Below, piece by piece: positions 23,541 to 36,721 of a DNA stretch of 64,000 nt; position 1 is the stretch's first letter, and every line of letters starts with the position of its first letter. A program made the translations under genes and the position numbers. The notes under the pieces are model-generated. The model was not told where the DNA came from and searched no databases. It saw only the letters and a program-made list of their open reading frames with translations. This stretch comes from Proteromonas lacertae (Eukaryota), in assembly GCA_002245135.1 (NCBI GenBank), contig NGBS01000893.1, positions 1 to 64,000 on the forward strand, in the 5' to 3' direction.

Positions 23541-26500
23541 TTATAATAATAAGTTCAATTTATTGACAACAAATTCAGCATCATAAACTATTTCTTGGAA
23601 TTGTAATGAATAGAATATTTTTTCAGCATTATATTCCACAGTTCCTTTTTCTGGGTCATTCACCTTAAATTTTGTTATAGTTTGACTTTTGCTAGTAGTA
23701 AAAGGCACTTTTGTTTGATTGAAGTGTAATATTTCCATTTTCTTTTCAGTATATTGTTGAGTTTTTCCTTTTGAAGAAACAAAAATATAATGAAATTTTG
23801 ACCAGCCCATTTTCATTATTAATTCCAAAATACATTCTTCAATTATATTATTATACATCATTCTATTTTCATCATTAATAATATGAATGAAACAATTATT
23901 TAATAAGTATATCATTTCTCTATTTTCAACAATTGCTAAATGAAGTAAATATACTTCTTTAATTTTTGTAGAATATATATCTACATTAAATAATTCTTTA
24001 AATTTATCAAATGAGTCTTTGTTTATTCTTTCTAATTTAATACCACTACTTGTTTCAAACGTATCTGTTTTATATAAGTAGTTATAAAAAACCAGTTCTT
24101 CAAACAATAATTGAAATAGTTGTTTATTTTTTTCATTAAAATTGTTTGTAAACATATTTTGTATTTCTTTTAAATCTTTTTCTTCAGCTGTGTGTTTAAT
24201 AGTATAGTATATAAGATCAAATACCTTATCTGATATAAATTCCATATGATTCTTATTTATTTCATGAAAATCAATAAATGAATATTTCACCATATAATGA
24301 CATAATGTACTATCAAATGATGTATTTATGGAAGAATTATCATTATTAATAGTATCTTTTACAGGCTGCATAAGATATTTCATTAAAAATTCCTTATATC
24401 CAACACCACTTATTATTCTTTTTATACCTAGTGAATATAATTCATCCCAATAATCTTTACCATAACAAACACTATAAATTGCTGAATAATAGATATGTCT
24501 TGGAACATTTCCATATTTACTATTACATTTATTAATTATAATTGATTCTTGCAATTTAGTTGATAAAGATTTTCTTTCCCATTCTAAAATTTCTTCATTA
24601 CCAAATACATCCATATAATAATAAATCCTATTAATATCATCACCTGGATCATAAAAATGTTTATAATTCTTATCATCTGGTGAAGTAACATATAATATAA
24701 TTGGAGCTTTTGCAATTGTTACATTTAAGTTATATGAATCGGATATAGCTATGTCAGAATATTTTTTGTCATCAGGAGTTGCTAGATGTACATCTTCTCC
24801 TTTAAATTTATATTTATTGTTACCATTATCATCTGAACTTTTAAATATTGATGCTTCAACTAGATCTTCAAGGTTCAAGCCAATTATCTTTTGTTTGAGT
24901 GTGTTATTCAATTCAGTGATCATCTTCAACAAAAATATTATAAAGGAGGTTTTACCACATCCTGGATTTCCTCTTAATAAAATCTTGTAATACTCACCAG
25001 ATTTGAAATCTTTCTCATCATTTAATATTCGGATTCTTTTCTTTAAACAATTATCCTTCACATCTTTTAAAAGTTCATTCTTATCTTTCTCTACATCATA
25101 TTCTCTAATCTTAGATATTTGGTTACCTTCCTCTTCAATCCATTCATTTAATATTTCAATTATTTTATTACCATTTTCTATTTTTCTTCCAGATAAATAA
25201 TTTCTCAACTTAATAAATAATATCAAATATCTTAATTCATTCCATATTTCTTCATAAACTTTTCGGATATACACTCTCTTTTCAGGATATTGATATATAT
25301 CACATCCAATACTTATTGTATTATCATCATTATTTATAATTACTGGTTTTTCAAATATGCGACATAAAGCATTTGTTTCTATTATTAAAATATTATATTA
25401 ATATAAATATACTTGCACAGGTTAGACAATATTTTTCTAAATTTCCTTTCATTTCATTTATTGAATCATATGCTAACTTTAACTTGGCACTATATTCTTC
25501 TTTAGCATCATTAAGTAATTTTTCAGAAAAACTTTCAATATCATTAGTGTTTTCAGATTTTAACTCTTTTAACATTATTCTATTATCATCACTGATAGGA
25601 ATTGGAAATGTTAATAATAAATTATCAAAGTTCTGTTCAGTTTCATTAGGATTAGGTAAATCTAATAATGACTTAGATATATCCTCTTTATTAGGAACAG
25701 GTAATTCTGATAAAAACTCATCTTTATTATCTCCAGTCATTGTAAATTCCAAATCATCTAAAAAAACAGTAGCATCATTATCAGTAGCATTATCAGGTAA
25801 TTCAGCTAAAAACTTTTCTATGTAGTCTTTACTAGCATTAACAAGTGTAACATATAGTCTATCTTTATTAACAGCATAAGGTAATGTCAATATTAAGTCT
25901 TTAATACACTCTTCTTCTTGAGCAACAAGCAATTCAGATATTAATCTATTCGTGTTATCTTTATTAATAAATTTAGCATATTTAGATAATTCTGTATTTA
26001 TGGTCTCTTCACATATATCAATTGATAATTCTAATATTAACGCTTTTATGTCATCTTCAGTTGTTTCAATGGGTAATTCAGCTAATAATTCATCTATATA
26101 ATCATTATTAGCTTCATCACGAAATTGTAAAAAAAACTTTTCTATGTCTTCTTTAATAAAATAATATGGTAATTCCGAATTTAACTGATTATATTTTTCT
26201 TTATTTGCACTAGCTAATTCATCTAGTAAAACTTTTTTATTAAGAGGATAATGTAATTCATATGCTAATGTTTTATTTATTGACTGCTTAATTTGATCAT
26301 AAGGTAATAATGATAGTAATTTATCCATGTACTGTTTAGTAGGTAAAGTTAATCCTATAAAGTCTTTTAAGTGTTTTACTTTATCATCAGCCTCGTTCAG
26401 TACTATACTTTCATCTATTTTCCTACAAACCTTTTCAACACTATTTATTACTTCTTTATTCTCTATATTTAATTCCAATTTACTTAAATCACTAACAAAA

Positions 26501-27161
26501 TTTTTACAGTTTTCCATAGTCTGTTTTAAAATATCTTTGGTATTAGCTTCATTAATAATCTTGTTAAGTTTTTGATTCAAAAATATAATATTTTCTTCAT
26601 GAGTTGTACTTTTTATAGGTTTTTGAACAAATAAACTTGAGTATTCTCTTGGTGTAAATTGTACTGTGTTATTTCCACTATTGTCTTCTGAATTTATAAA
26701 TGTTATAACATCCAACAAATCTTTTGAATTTATTCTAGTATGAGAATATCTAATTCTTTTTGACTTTATAGATATGATTATATTTTGTGGTTTTACATCT
26801 TTATCACTTGTATTTCTATTTCTATTTCTATTTCTATTTCTACTTTTATTATTTAACTTTCGCCTTTTTTGGGGTCGTGGATCATTTTCATCTGAAGGAG
26901 GTTCAATATTCCAGTCATAAGTTTTTTCCATTTCGTTTATCATTTCTTCTTTAAATTTCCCTTTGCCATATTGTCCAAAACCTGTATCACCTATTTCAGC
27001 AGGGTGATTTACATTATCATGTTCATGGACAACAAACATTATTTTAAATATTGGATTACATATCTTTAATTCAGCCTCTAATGCATCTTTCAAATCTTTT
27101 TGTTTAACAGAATCACTATCATCATATATTTCATCTAATTCATCTTTAATTTTCTATCATA

Positions 27162-27192
<31 letters not shown>

Positions 27193-29695
27193 TACTGTAA
27201 CTATTTCATTCATCATATTTTCTTTATCATTATCACTAAAGTCATTGTATATTGAATCAATTAAATAATCGTTAAGATCATGTAACATTTTACAATTTAA
27301 TCCTACTTTTACGACTTCATTTGCTTCTTCAAGATCATATATACTTAACAATTGAAGTTGATATTGTAATGAAAGTAAGTCATCATGAATATTATTTAAT
27401 TTTCTTTCTTCTTCTTTACTCTTATCTATTTCCATTTCATTGTCTCCAGAATCTTCAGCAGTTGGCGCAGATGGTAAAGATAAAGTCGTTGTAATTGATT
27501 GAAAAGGATTGCATATGAAACTATTTAAATATGATAATAATAATTGAAGATCATTTTCAGATTTAAACTGTAAATATGATTGAAATTGCTTATATATTAT
27601 ATATAAGTTACTCTTCAATAACTGTATTTCATTAGACAACACTTTTATTTCTTCTGGATTATTTAATAATTTTGTTATTTCTGTTGATATAAAATCTTTT
27701 AATGTTGGTAATCTATTAATAATATCTCGATATGTAGCAATTGATTCACTGGATTGTAATAGGCCTTCTAATCGATCATATAATTCTTGTATTTGTTTTA
27801 ATAACATTTCTGAATGTTTCTGTAATTCTTTTAAGGTATTTGAATCTGGTTTAAACGTATTATCCACTTCAGTTATTCTCTTTGATATATATATTTTTAA
27901 ATTTTTAGTCTTATCATTTAATTGAGAGACAGTGGTTTCAAATTCATAAGATTTTAATAATTCTTCTGATATAATTATATTAATTCTATCAATTAGAATG
28001 CTAGATATAAGTAATATGATTTTTGATTTATATGGTGTAGAACTGCTGAATAGATTTTCGAATATATCTAGTTGTTTTATGAATGTATCTAATTGATTTT
28101 CTAATACTTTCACTATACCCTTCTTTTTAGTTGATAATTCATTTTTTAATTTTTTAAACTTATTCATATCACTATCCATAACTTTCAGGAATTCAGTCTG
28201 TCTCTCAGGACTATAGTTATTAATCAAATCAGATTGAACGTCTTTTCTACATTTAAGTTCATTGATTAAAAACTATAAACAACAGAAATAATACATTATA
28301 TAATATACATAACTTTCACATAGGATTCTTCTACGTTGATCCATTCTGAATATCAGATTTGTTTTTAAACTACTTGGTATATAACCAAGTTCATACAGTG
28401 AAGATTGCCTTTCAAATTCTGGTGGATATGGATCATCATGATTTGGATTTAATATATAGTTTATCATCACATCCTTATGACGATTGTATATCATCTAGTC
28501 AATTATAATGTAATACAATATATATAAATACATTGAGAAATACAATTATCGTATTTACAACAGAATGATTACTAGACATTGTCATTTGAACAGATGTAAT
28601 ATTAAACTTATTGATAATACAGCCATCGATTGCTGGGAAATTGTGAATTTCACTAAAATCAGCATACAATGTAGCAACTTTATTCGTTTTATTACCGGTT
28701 TCTTTTTCATAGTACTTTTCACCTGATTTGAGATAATCAACAAATGCTTTCATATTACAATGATAACAGATTTTACCAGAAATGTTTATAATACTCCTGC
28801 TGTTGTATTTCAATTTATCTTTTATAATAATATGGCACAATCTTTCAAATATTATTCCTTCCCTCTCTTCCATAAATCTATCATATAATTTTGTATATTT
28901 ACGTGGACTATTGAAGCTTGTTATTAGAACTTGTCTTTTTATTTCTTCTGATTTAAACTTTAATCTATCTGCAACTACATCTACTCTATCAGTGTCATAT
29001 ATATAAATTTTTTCATTGTATTCTGGTGGTATATATGATGATGGTAAACCATCTATATCTGGATCAAATGAACTGCTATCAATTCTATATACTATCTCAT
29101 GCAATATATTCTCACAATAATCAGCTTCTTCTTCTGTGAGAGGTAGTAAATAGAATTGTACTGGAGCTCTCTTATTACTCATGACTTTGTATACCTCTGT
29201 TTTGGGGGAAGATACCATTATCACTATCTCTGCAGTACTGTAGTCATCTTCTTTAATCGGAATATTATCGCTGATAATTATTGTTTTTCTGTTTGTATTA
29301 GGTAAATTTTCTGATGCCTTATATTCCACACCATAAGCTTCTCGAAAGGAATAAACATTCTTCTGTGATTCTGATTTATAAAAAATAACAACATTATATT
29401 CCTTAAAATCTTGATCTTTGTTGAAACAATACGCTAGAAAGCAACAAAATGTTGTTTTACCTATTCCTTCATTACCATACACCAAAAAACATTTTTGATA
29501 TTTAAATCCACTACGGTTCTTCATAATATTCTTCATCTTACAGAATATTCTAATGAAGCAATCTCTCACTAAAAGATATGGTTTATCACAAGAATAGAAA
29601 GCTTGGCCGTTCTTATCTTTCCACTCAAGCTTTGCTATTCTATTTATATTATCATAATCTAAGGCCTCTACTCCTGATTCACTTGATAATTGCAT
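23541..29695 (-). CDS. Crinkler/RHS (CR)-type protein, about 2001 aa, 5 exons: NTPase+REase, helical/repeat region, second NTPase (copy 1)
   Basis: GT-AG introns 28495-28531, 28273-28308, 27154-27195 and 25379-25412 join five ORFs in frame. Walker A motifs GNEGIGKT and GNPGCGKT; REase-like GIIFERLCH...NFPAIDG...QMTMSSNH. Confidence 0.75.
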
Positions 29696-30389
29696 AACTG
29701 AACAAACAAATTATCTATAATTATCAAAGATGAATGTATAGTTATGAAATGAGGCTTTTCATAAAATAGCTGTTTCAAGAAAAGAAATGAGGATTATTAT
29801 TATCAAATGTTGGGAAATGTATAACCAAACTTCTCGAATTGCATCAATTACACTTATTCTTTGATTGACACCTAATAATAATCCATTTTTTGTTTTACCA
29901 TTTACAGCATTATTACTTAGGAAATTTATAATTTTGAGAAGTGTATACAGGGGAATTTTTTGTAAATTTCATTTTTTTCTAATAATCACCTCAATAATGA
30001 AGATGATCATTAAATACACTGAAACTAACACTGGTATTGTATTATAATTATTCGTTAAATATATCGGTGTCAAATATTATTTAGAAGACTGATGTAAAGA
30101 TATGTATAATATAAATTATGAATGCTTTGAATATAAAGATATTTACTTAGAACTAAAGCTTCAATAATAATATTTTTACTATTTATTGTCTATTTATATA
30201 ACAGTATACATACCTTCAATAAAATAGGTTTTAACAAACGGGACAATTTGCTTTCCTTTATAGTACTATTGTCAAAGAAATGTCCATTTTGTCCCTGTCA
30301 CTGCCTAACCCAGTTTTATATTCATTATACATAAACATAAACACAAACATTTCAAAAAGAGAAAATAAAAATCAATTACAATTAAACTT

Positions 30390-31384
30390 CTATTTTATGT
30401 TTTGAGCATCAACTAATGATTGATTATAATAACCACCACTACTTATTGTAAATCGAGGAATTACATTCATACTCTCTAATTCTTGGAATAATAACTTACA
30501 AGCATAAGGAATACAAATCTCATTCACATTTTCACCACTTTTACAATATTCACACCAACCTTTATAACTCATTAAACCACATTTACAACATATTGAACCA
30601 ATAAATGGATCAGAACTAACTAATAATCTCTCTACTAATAACAATGAAGTTCCATGAGCGATCAAACAGTCTTTCTCCATCTCACCTACTCTCAAACCAC
30701 CTTCTCGAGCTCGACCTTGAGTTGGTTGACGAGTTAAAGAAACATGAGGGCCTCGAGCTCTAGCAAATACTTTATCTTTTACCATATGTTTTAATCTCTG
30801 ATAATAGATTGGGCCCATAAATATATAAGCTAATAATGGTTCACCAGTTATTCCACTGTATAATAAATCCTTTCCACTGTAATTATAGCCATAACTTACT
30901 AAGATTTCACCTATATCTTTTATACTATCACCTCCAAATGCAGTTCCAAATTTTCGTTTACCTTCTAATAAACCAGCTTTTCCACCTACCAATTCAATCA
31001 TTTTACCAACGGTCATTCGACTAGGAAAACCATGAGGATTCATTATCATATCAGGACAAATTCCATTCTCATTAAATGGCATATCTTCTTGATTTACTAT
31101 TAAACCAACTACACCTTTTTGGCCATGTCGACTTGAATATTTATCACCTAATTCAGGTCTTCTCATATCTCGAATTAAGATTTTTATTAATGTCTTTTCT
31201 TCTTTTGATGTTGTTAACATCACTTTATCAACTATTCTACCACCTTTATCTTTATATACTAATGGACAACTAATATAACTCATATTCTGATTTGCATCTT
31301 TCGATATTGTGGGACTTTCTTTGTTTATTAATATATCACCTTCTTCTACTCGAACTCCAACTTCTACTATTCCATCATTTCCTA
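30390..31384 (-). pseudogene. POLR3B: 5'-truncated RPC2 duplicate (copy 2; 297-aa C-terminal ORF)
   Basis: Near-identical to 47452-48446. Confidence 0.9.
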
Positions 31385-31415
31385 TTGTTTTTTATCAATC
31401 ATAATTTCAAAAAAA

Positions 31416-31769
31416 ATGTCAAGAATTTGGATCGAGAATGTTAATATAGAAGATAGAAGTAAGCGTGAAGATGAAGAATTTGAAAGAATCTATGCAATCA
31501 TTGAAAGTGAAGTAGCTAGAATAGTAGCTCAACCACCACCACCATCACCTCCAATTGTAATGTGGTATACATCTGATACAGCTGATGAGGATGATAGAAA
31601 GTATGAAGAATGGCGTGCAATTCATAAACCAACTAGAGTAGCACAAGCAACCATACGTCCTAGAAAATGGGTTGATCCAGAAGAGGAGCGCAGAAAAACC
31701 AAGATGCTAAAGCGTTATGGTATTGATGAAAAAAACATCATTGAAGAAAGACTAAGATTTCATAACTAA
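31416..31769 (+). CDS. Hypothetical element-B protein (117 aa), copy 2
   Basis: Identical to 14371-14724. Confidence 0.55.
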   Translation: MSRIWIENVNIEDRSKREDEEFERIYAIIESEVARIVAQPPPPSPPIVMWYTSDTADEDDRKYEEWRAIHKPTRVAQATIRPRKWVDPEEERRKTKMLKRYGIDEKNIIEERLRFHN

Positions 31770-31896
31770 TTCTTAAATCATTGGTTTTAATTGAATTTTG
31801 TTTTTTGATTGGCTGAATAGTAATAAACATAATATTACATAATTCTTTTCATTCATAAATTTCTTGCGATTTTTGAAATAATTTACATAAATTAAA

Positions 31897-32493
31897 ATGC
31901 GTGATATACAAAACGAATTGAATGCTAATATTGAAAAACACTTACAAGAAGGTGAAATGTATAAGAATCTCTATGAGAATGATATGTCTGAAGTAAAATC
32001 ATTAATTATTAAAGTATTTAAGGATATGTTGGATGGTATGTATTCTGTGATTGAAGAATATGAAGATGATCCAGCATGGAGTGAACAACCAGGTGATGAT
32101 ATTGACATAACAATGGAAGAAGAAGAAGTGAAGGAAGAAAAACAAAGTGAATCTAAACCTAGAAATAGAAAGGATATATCAAAGTCAGATCCAGATTCAC
32201 AGATATGTAGCACTTGTGGTAAGAAGAAAGCTAATGATGAATTTGGTTATAAGTGTGAAGGTGTATTCTATAAATCTTGTACAGAGTGTAGAAATAAGAA
32301 GAAGAGAAGATATGAAGAAGGAAAGAAAGGAAGTGATAATAGTGGAGAAGATAAGAAGCGTAAAGTAGAGAATAGTTCCAGCGCCGAGGGTCGACCAAAG
32401 GTAGATATTGCTAAAGTAGAAACACCTACAAGTTCTATCCCGGGGGTAGCTACAGTAGATCTAACTACATCACCTACCTGTATAATTAATTAA
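31897..32493 (+). CDS. Element-B C4 zinc-ribbon-like protein, copy 2
   Basis: Identical to 14852-15448. Confidence 0.6.
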   Translation: MRDIQNELNANIEKHLQEGEMYKNLYENDMSEVKSLIIKVFKDMLDGMYSVIEEYEDDPAWSEQPGDDIDITMEEEEVKEEKQSESKPRNRKDISKSDPDSQICSTCGKKKANDEFGYKCEGVFYKSCTECRNKKKRRYEEGKKGSDNSGEDKKRKVENSSSAEGRPKVDIAKVETPTSSIPGVATVDLTTSPTCIIN

Positions 32494-32557
32494 CTTTTGG
32501 TTTAAAATTCATTTTTATATTTCTATGCGTTTTTATATATAAATAATTTCGCATAAA

Positions 32558-32947
32558 ATGTCATTTAATAATACACAATATTCAACTATGCTTAATGATA
32601 TGAATGATACCATAACTAGTCTAAAGCAAGAAGGTCTTATATTTTTTGTATATATGTTATTATGGATTGTATATAAAGTTAAAAAGATTGTAGTATGGTT
32701 ATATCATAGATATTGTCCTTCAGAATTAAGTGAAATATTAGCTGAGCCAAAACCTGCTATTCAAATAGCATTAAGAAAATCTACTATTGTTTCTGCTATT
32801 CCATTTACTTTAACACCTGAAAATAGTAGAATAAATTCTAGAAATGATAGTGATAATGAAGATGAAGAACCATTAGAAACAGAAATAGAAATTATTCCTA
32901 TTAATAAACCTGAGATTGAAATTCAAAAGCCAATCATAAATATTTAA
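32558..32947 (+). CDS. Element-B small membrane-like protein, copy 2
   Basis: Identical to 15513-15902. Confidence 0.55.
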   Translation: MSFNNTQYSTMLNDMNDTITSLKQEGLIFFVYMLLWIVYKVKKIVVWLYHRYCPSELSEILAEPKPAIQIALRKSTIVSAIPFTLTPENSRINSRNDSDNEDEEPLETEIEIIPINKPEIEIQKPIINI

Positions 32948-33126
32948 TTTTATGTATGGTATTTTTTGTATTTGATTTGAAAGTTATATTTTTGTACCCC
33001 CTTAAAAAATTACATAAAGAAAAACCGTTTTTTTTCATTCACACTTTTCTTACTCATTTTTAGTATTTTATTTTTTTCATTTTTTTACTTTAATAGAAAA
33101 TTAATTATTCAATCATTCAATCATAA

Positions 33127-35355
33127 ATGCCAGCAGACAGAGTCAAACAACCAACCAATTCAGAATTATGCGCTCAGCTCCCATTAAAGGGACAGGCTTA
33201 TGAGTTCTATCAGAAAGTGAGTCGTGTTGTTCCCCGTTGAGTACAACTCCCCGTTAAGCGATTAGAGACTTTAGAAACAAACTAAATGCATATTCTTACT
33301 TATTTTGATGAAAAATTGTTACTTTTATACTTACTTTGTCATATAACCTATGTCTGCAATATACTTTTTTGATAACTTTAGTATTGTATATGTTGTGCGC
33401 CGTTGAGCGTTAAGAAGACTTTTTTCAATTCTAATATCATAAACGTAACCTCTGGCCCTTCAATATTACTAATCAACGCTTTGTTTTCCAAAATAGTAAC
33501 GTTGGCCTAATATCGTATAGTCGTGTTTAGGTTCCTATACTGGAAACACTTTTTATTTTTATATTATTTTAAAAGCTTATAACAATAGCAGACATCGGGA
33601 TAAAGGTTTTAAATAGAAAAGGAATACCTATTTATTGTATTTACCTGTTTAAATTTATTTTGAAAAAACAGGCTTGAATGAGGCTTGAATAGATTTTATA
33701 TTTTTATTGATTTAATTGCTTAAACTAATGTATTTTTAACGCTAGTAGTGATTGAAGGAAAAAAATTAAAAATAAAATTATAATTGTTTTCAATATGTTG
33801 GGACAAAGTTCAAAAAAATATATATCGCAGATGTAGCTTATATGACAAAGTAAGATTATATTTGCATATAACTCGCCATCAAACCACACACTAGTCATTT
33901 TAGAATTAATGAACATTTATTTACCAGTCTAAAAAAGATATGTAAAAAGTTAAGCATTTTAATCATTTCAGTTAATATATTTTAATCTCTAGTAGCGAAT
34001 AAAACACTAAAACGAAAAATAAAAATATATGCGTGTTATATATAAATACTTAAGTTTTCAAAAAAGTATATTTCAGACATAGATTATATGACAAAGTAAG
34101 TATAAAAGTAACAATTTTTCATCAAAATAAGTAAGAATATGCATTTAGTTTGTTTCTAAAGTCTCTAATCGCTTAACGGGGAGTTGTACTCAACGGGGAA
34201 CAACAAGTCGTAATATCCAGCATTTAAAGACATTTTGTGACGAAATGTATATTCAAAGTTTGGCTTATGATGACAGCAAAAAATCAAAGAAGAAGCAAAG
34301 TCCACCACAATTCAACTATATCGAATTAGAGAAGTCAGCTACAGCAGTTTATTATTGCTTTTCATGTAAGTTTGATAATCAGAAGTTAATTCCCATCAAA
34401 CATCTAGAGACATTAGATCAAAATGAGTATATGAATTTATACTTTAGTGACGATGAGATGAAGAGTATAGTAAAACCAAATGTAAAACCGATTAAACCTT
34501 TTATTCAACCTCAGTTAAAACAACAACAACAAGAACCACAGTAAAAACCACCACCACCAACTGTACCTCAAAAACCTAAAAGAGTTTATAAAAGAAGAAC
34601 TGATACTATTAAGAAACCTAAAACAAAAGCAGTTATTGATAGTGATGATGAATTAATTCATTTAAAGAAAAGAAAGATTGTTAAAGATTCTGATTTTGTT
34701 GATGAAGAACCAATGGGTATAATTGTGAAAGATACTGAATCAAGAACATCTGCTGATGATTTATTGAGTAGCCAAAGTCCTACCTTTACACCTCCAATGT
34801 CACCAAGGTCTGATACTACACTTCTTGATGTTAGTGATATTGATATTCTGGATGCTGAATTGAAATATTTTAATGCTGAAATAACTAAAAAAGATGAAGA
34901 AAAACTAAAAGAGATAGAAGAGAAAATTAAACATCAAGATACAGAGAGAAAGAAACAAGAAGATGAAGAAAAAAAGAAAAAACAACAAGAAGAAGAAAGA
35001 GTTAGAAAAGTACAAGAAGAAGCAGAGAGAAAAAGAAAACAAGAAGAAGTAGAAAAGAAAGAAAAGAAAAGAAAAGAAAAGAAAAGAAAAGAAAAGAAAA
35101 GAAAAGAAAAGAAAAGAAAAGAAAAGAAAAGAAGAATTAGTTGTTATTAGAATGCTTCAAGAAGAAGAGAATATGAGACAACAAGAAGAGTTAAGAAAGA
35201 AATGGGTATTAGAACAAAAGAGACAAATGGAAGAAAAGATGAAAAAAGAAAACGATGAATTAGAAAAGAAAATGGAAGAAGAGTTTAAGAAGAGAATTGA
35301 AGAAGAGAAAAGAAAGAAAGCTGAAGAGTTTGAGAAGATGATGAAGAACTTATAA
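33127..35355 (+). pseudogene. Disrupted coiled-coil protein gene, copy 2
   Basis: Same insertion and same TAA as copy 1. Confidence 0.78.
33225..34205. mobile_element. Non-autonomous TG...CA TIR element, copy 2 (981 bp)
   Basis: Same TIRs and AGTCG TSD. Confidence 0.93.
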
Positions 35356-35493
35356 GTATTAATATATACTTTAAATTTGTCTGGTTTATGCTTTAATCCA
35401 TATACTTGAAAAAGCACTTTGAATTCATTACTTTGATGAAAATTGGTGTTTGTTTAATATGTAAAAAATAACATAAATAAAAAACATAAAAAG

Positions 35494-36654
35494 TTATACG
35501 AAATCATTAAATAGCGAATTTTTCTTATATACTCTACCATGTCTACTTTTTCTGCCTTCTGGTACTGGTTGAATATCTGGTTCTATAGGTTGTGCTTCAT
35601 TGTTTATACTATGAATTTGTCTTAATCTAAACTTACCATTTGTTGTAATACTATTAACTGGTACTCTTTTAATTTCATGTGATTTGAATCTATATGAGCC
35701 TATATCTCTAGGATTGAATTCTCTAGGTATTGTTTCATCCAAGTTCTTAACAGAATATGAAAATGGTCCAACTTTGTGTATTTGGTATACTTTATCTGTA
35801 TAATAAGTAGTTTTTTGAAGTTTGTTATCTCTACGTTCTTTTATTCTGACAAAATCATCAGCTTTAAAATGAGTATCACTTTTACGCTTCTTTAAGTTTC
35901 TATCATGCGATTCTTTATACAATCTATCTTGAACTTCAAAATCATTGAATACTTCATTTGGAGTTAGATTATTGAGTGCAGAATGTGGTTTTGCATTGTA
36001 ATCATCTACAACAGTATATACTATATTACACAATGATTCAATATTGTTAATTTTATCAAATTCTTCATCAGAAAATGTATTAATTTTTCTATAAAACATA
36101 TCTTTAATAGTTCTCACACATCGATCCAATATTTTCATTATATTATGTTCATTACGTTCTTTAAGTATAAATCGTATATGATTTTTGTTAAACAAATCTA
36201 AAAATTTCTTACCATAGATAATACCAGACTCTTCATCTGATAAAATACTTCCTACAAAACGAGCGTTTTCATCCTTAGGTTGCAAGCCCTGATAAAACCA
36301 TTTTTCAAACACTGGATACACATCATTTTCTGATTTAGATTTAACATAATATATCCAACACTTACGACTAACAACTTCTATAATTAACAAAAATGGAACT
36401 TTTGTATTGTTGAAAAACACCAAATCTATTTGATATGACCCAGGTAACTTTTCAATTTCATATTTAATTCTATTCCTTTTAGTTGCAGTGATTTGATAAT
36501 CTGGTTTAGACTCCACAAGTTCACTGCTAGCTTTTTTAATGTCAGATTTTTTAAAGTTATTCTCAAGTTCATTTACAGAGAAATTAATAAAGTCTCGTTT
36601 GTTTAAATAACCATATGTTTTGTATAACTCATTTATTTTATCTTGTAGTGACAT
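35494..36654 (-). CDS. RVE integrase of element B, copy 2
   Basis: Identical to 18442-19602. Confidence 0.9.
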   Translation of the reverse strand: MSLQDKINELYKTYGYLNKRDFINFSVNELENNFKKSDIKKASSELVESKPDYQITATKRNRIKYEIEKLPGSYQIDLVFFNNTKVPFLLIIEVVSRKCWIYYVKSKSENDVYPVFEKWFYQGLQPKDENARFVGSILSDEESGIIYGKKFLDLFNKNHIRFILKERNEHNIMKILDRCVRTIKDMFYRKINTFSDEEFDKINNIESLCNIVYTVVDDYNAKPHSALNNLTPNEVFNDFEVQDRLYKESHDRNLKKRKSDTHFKADDFVRIKERRDNKLQKTTYYTDKVYQIHKVGPFSYSVKNLDETIPREFNPRDIGSYRFKSHEIKRVPVNSITTNGKFRLRQIHSINNEAQPIEPDIQPVPEGRKSRHGRVYKKNSLFNDFV

Positions 36655-36721
36655 TCAAACAATATATATAAAAAATATGAATGATATATATTTAAAGAAT
36701 TAATGAATTAAAATAATTAAA

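Larger units (their letters stand above)
14341..31384. repeat. Tandem segmental duplication unit 1 (17044 bp)
   Basis: Same junction CATTTCCTA|TTGTTTTTTATC at 14340/14341 and 31384/31385; ORFs repeat at an offset of about 17.05 kb. Confidence 0.95.

Noticed and set aside
26960..27060. EIGDTGFGQYG resembles dUTPase motif 5 (RGxxGFGSTG)
   Set aside because: Other dUTPase motifs are absent and the key Arg is missing.
30238..30300. GGGACAA...TTGTCCC short inverted repeat as a MITE
   Set aside because: Only about 7 bp of pairing and no TSD found.
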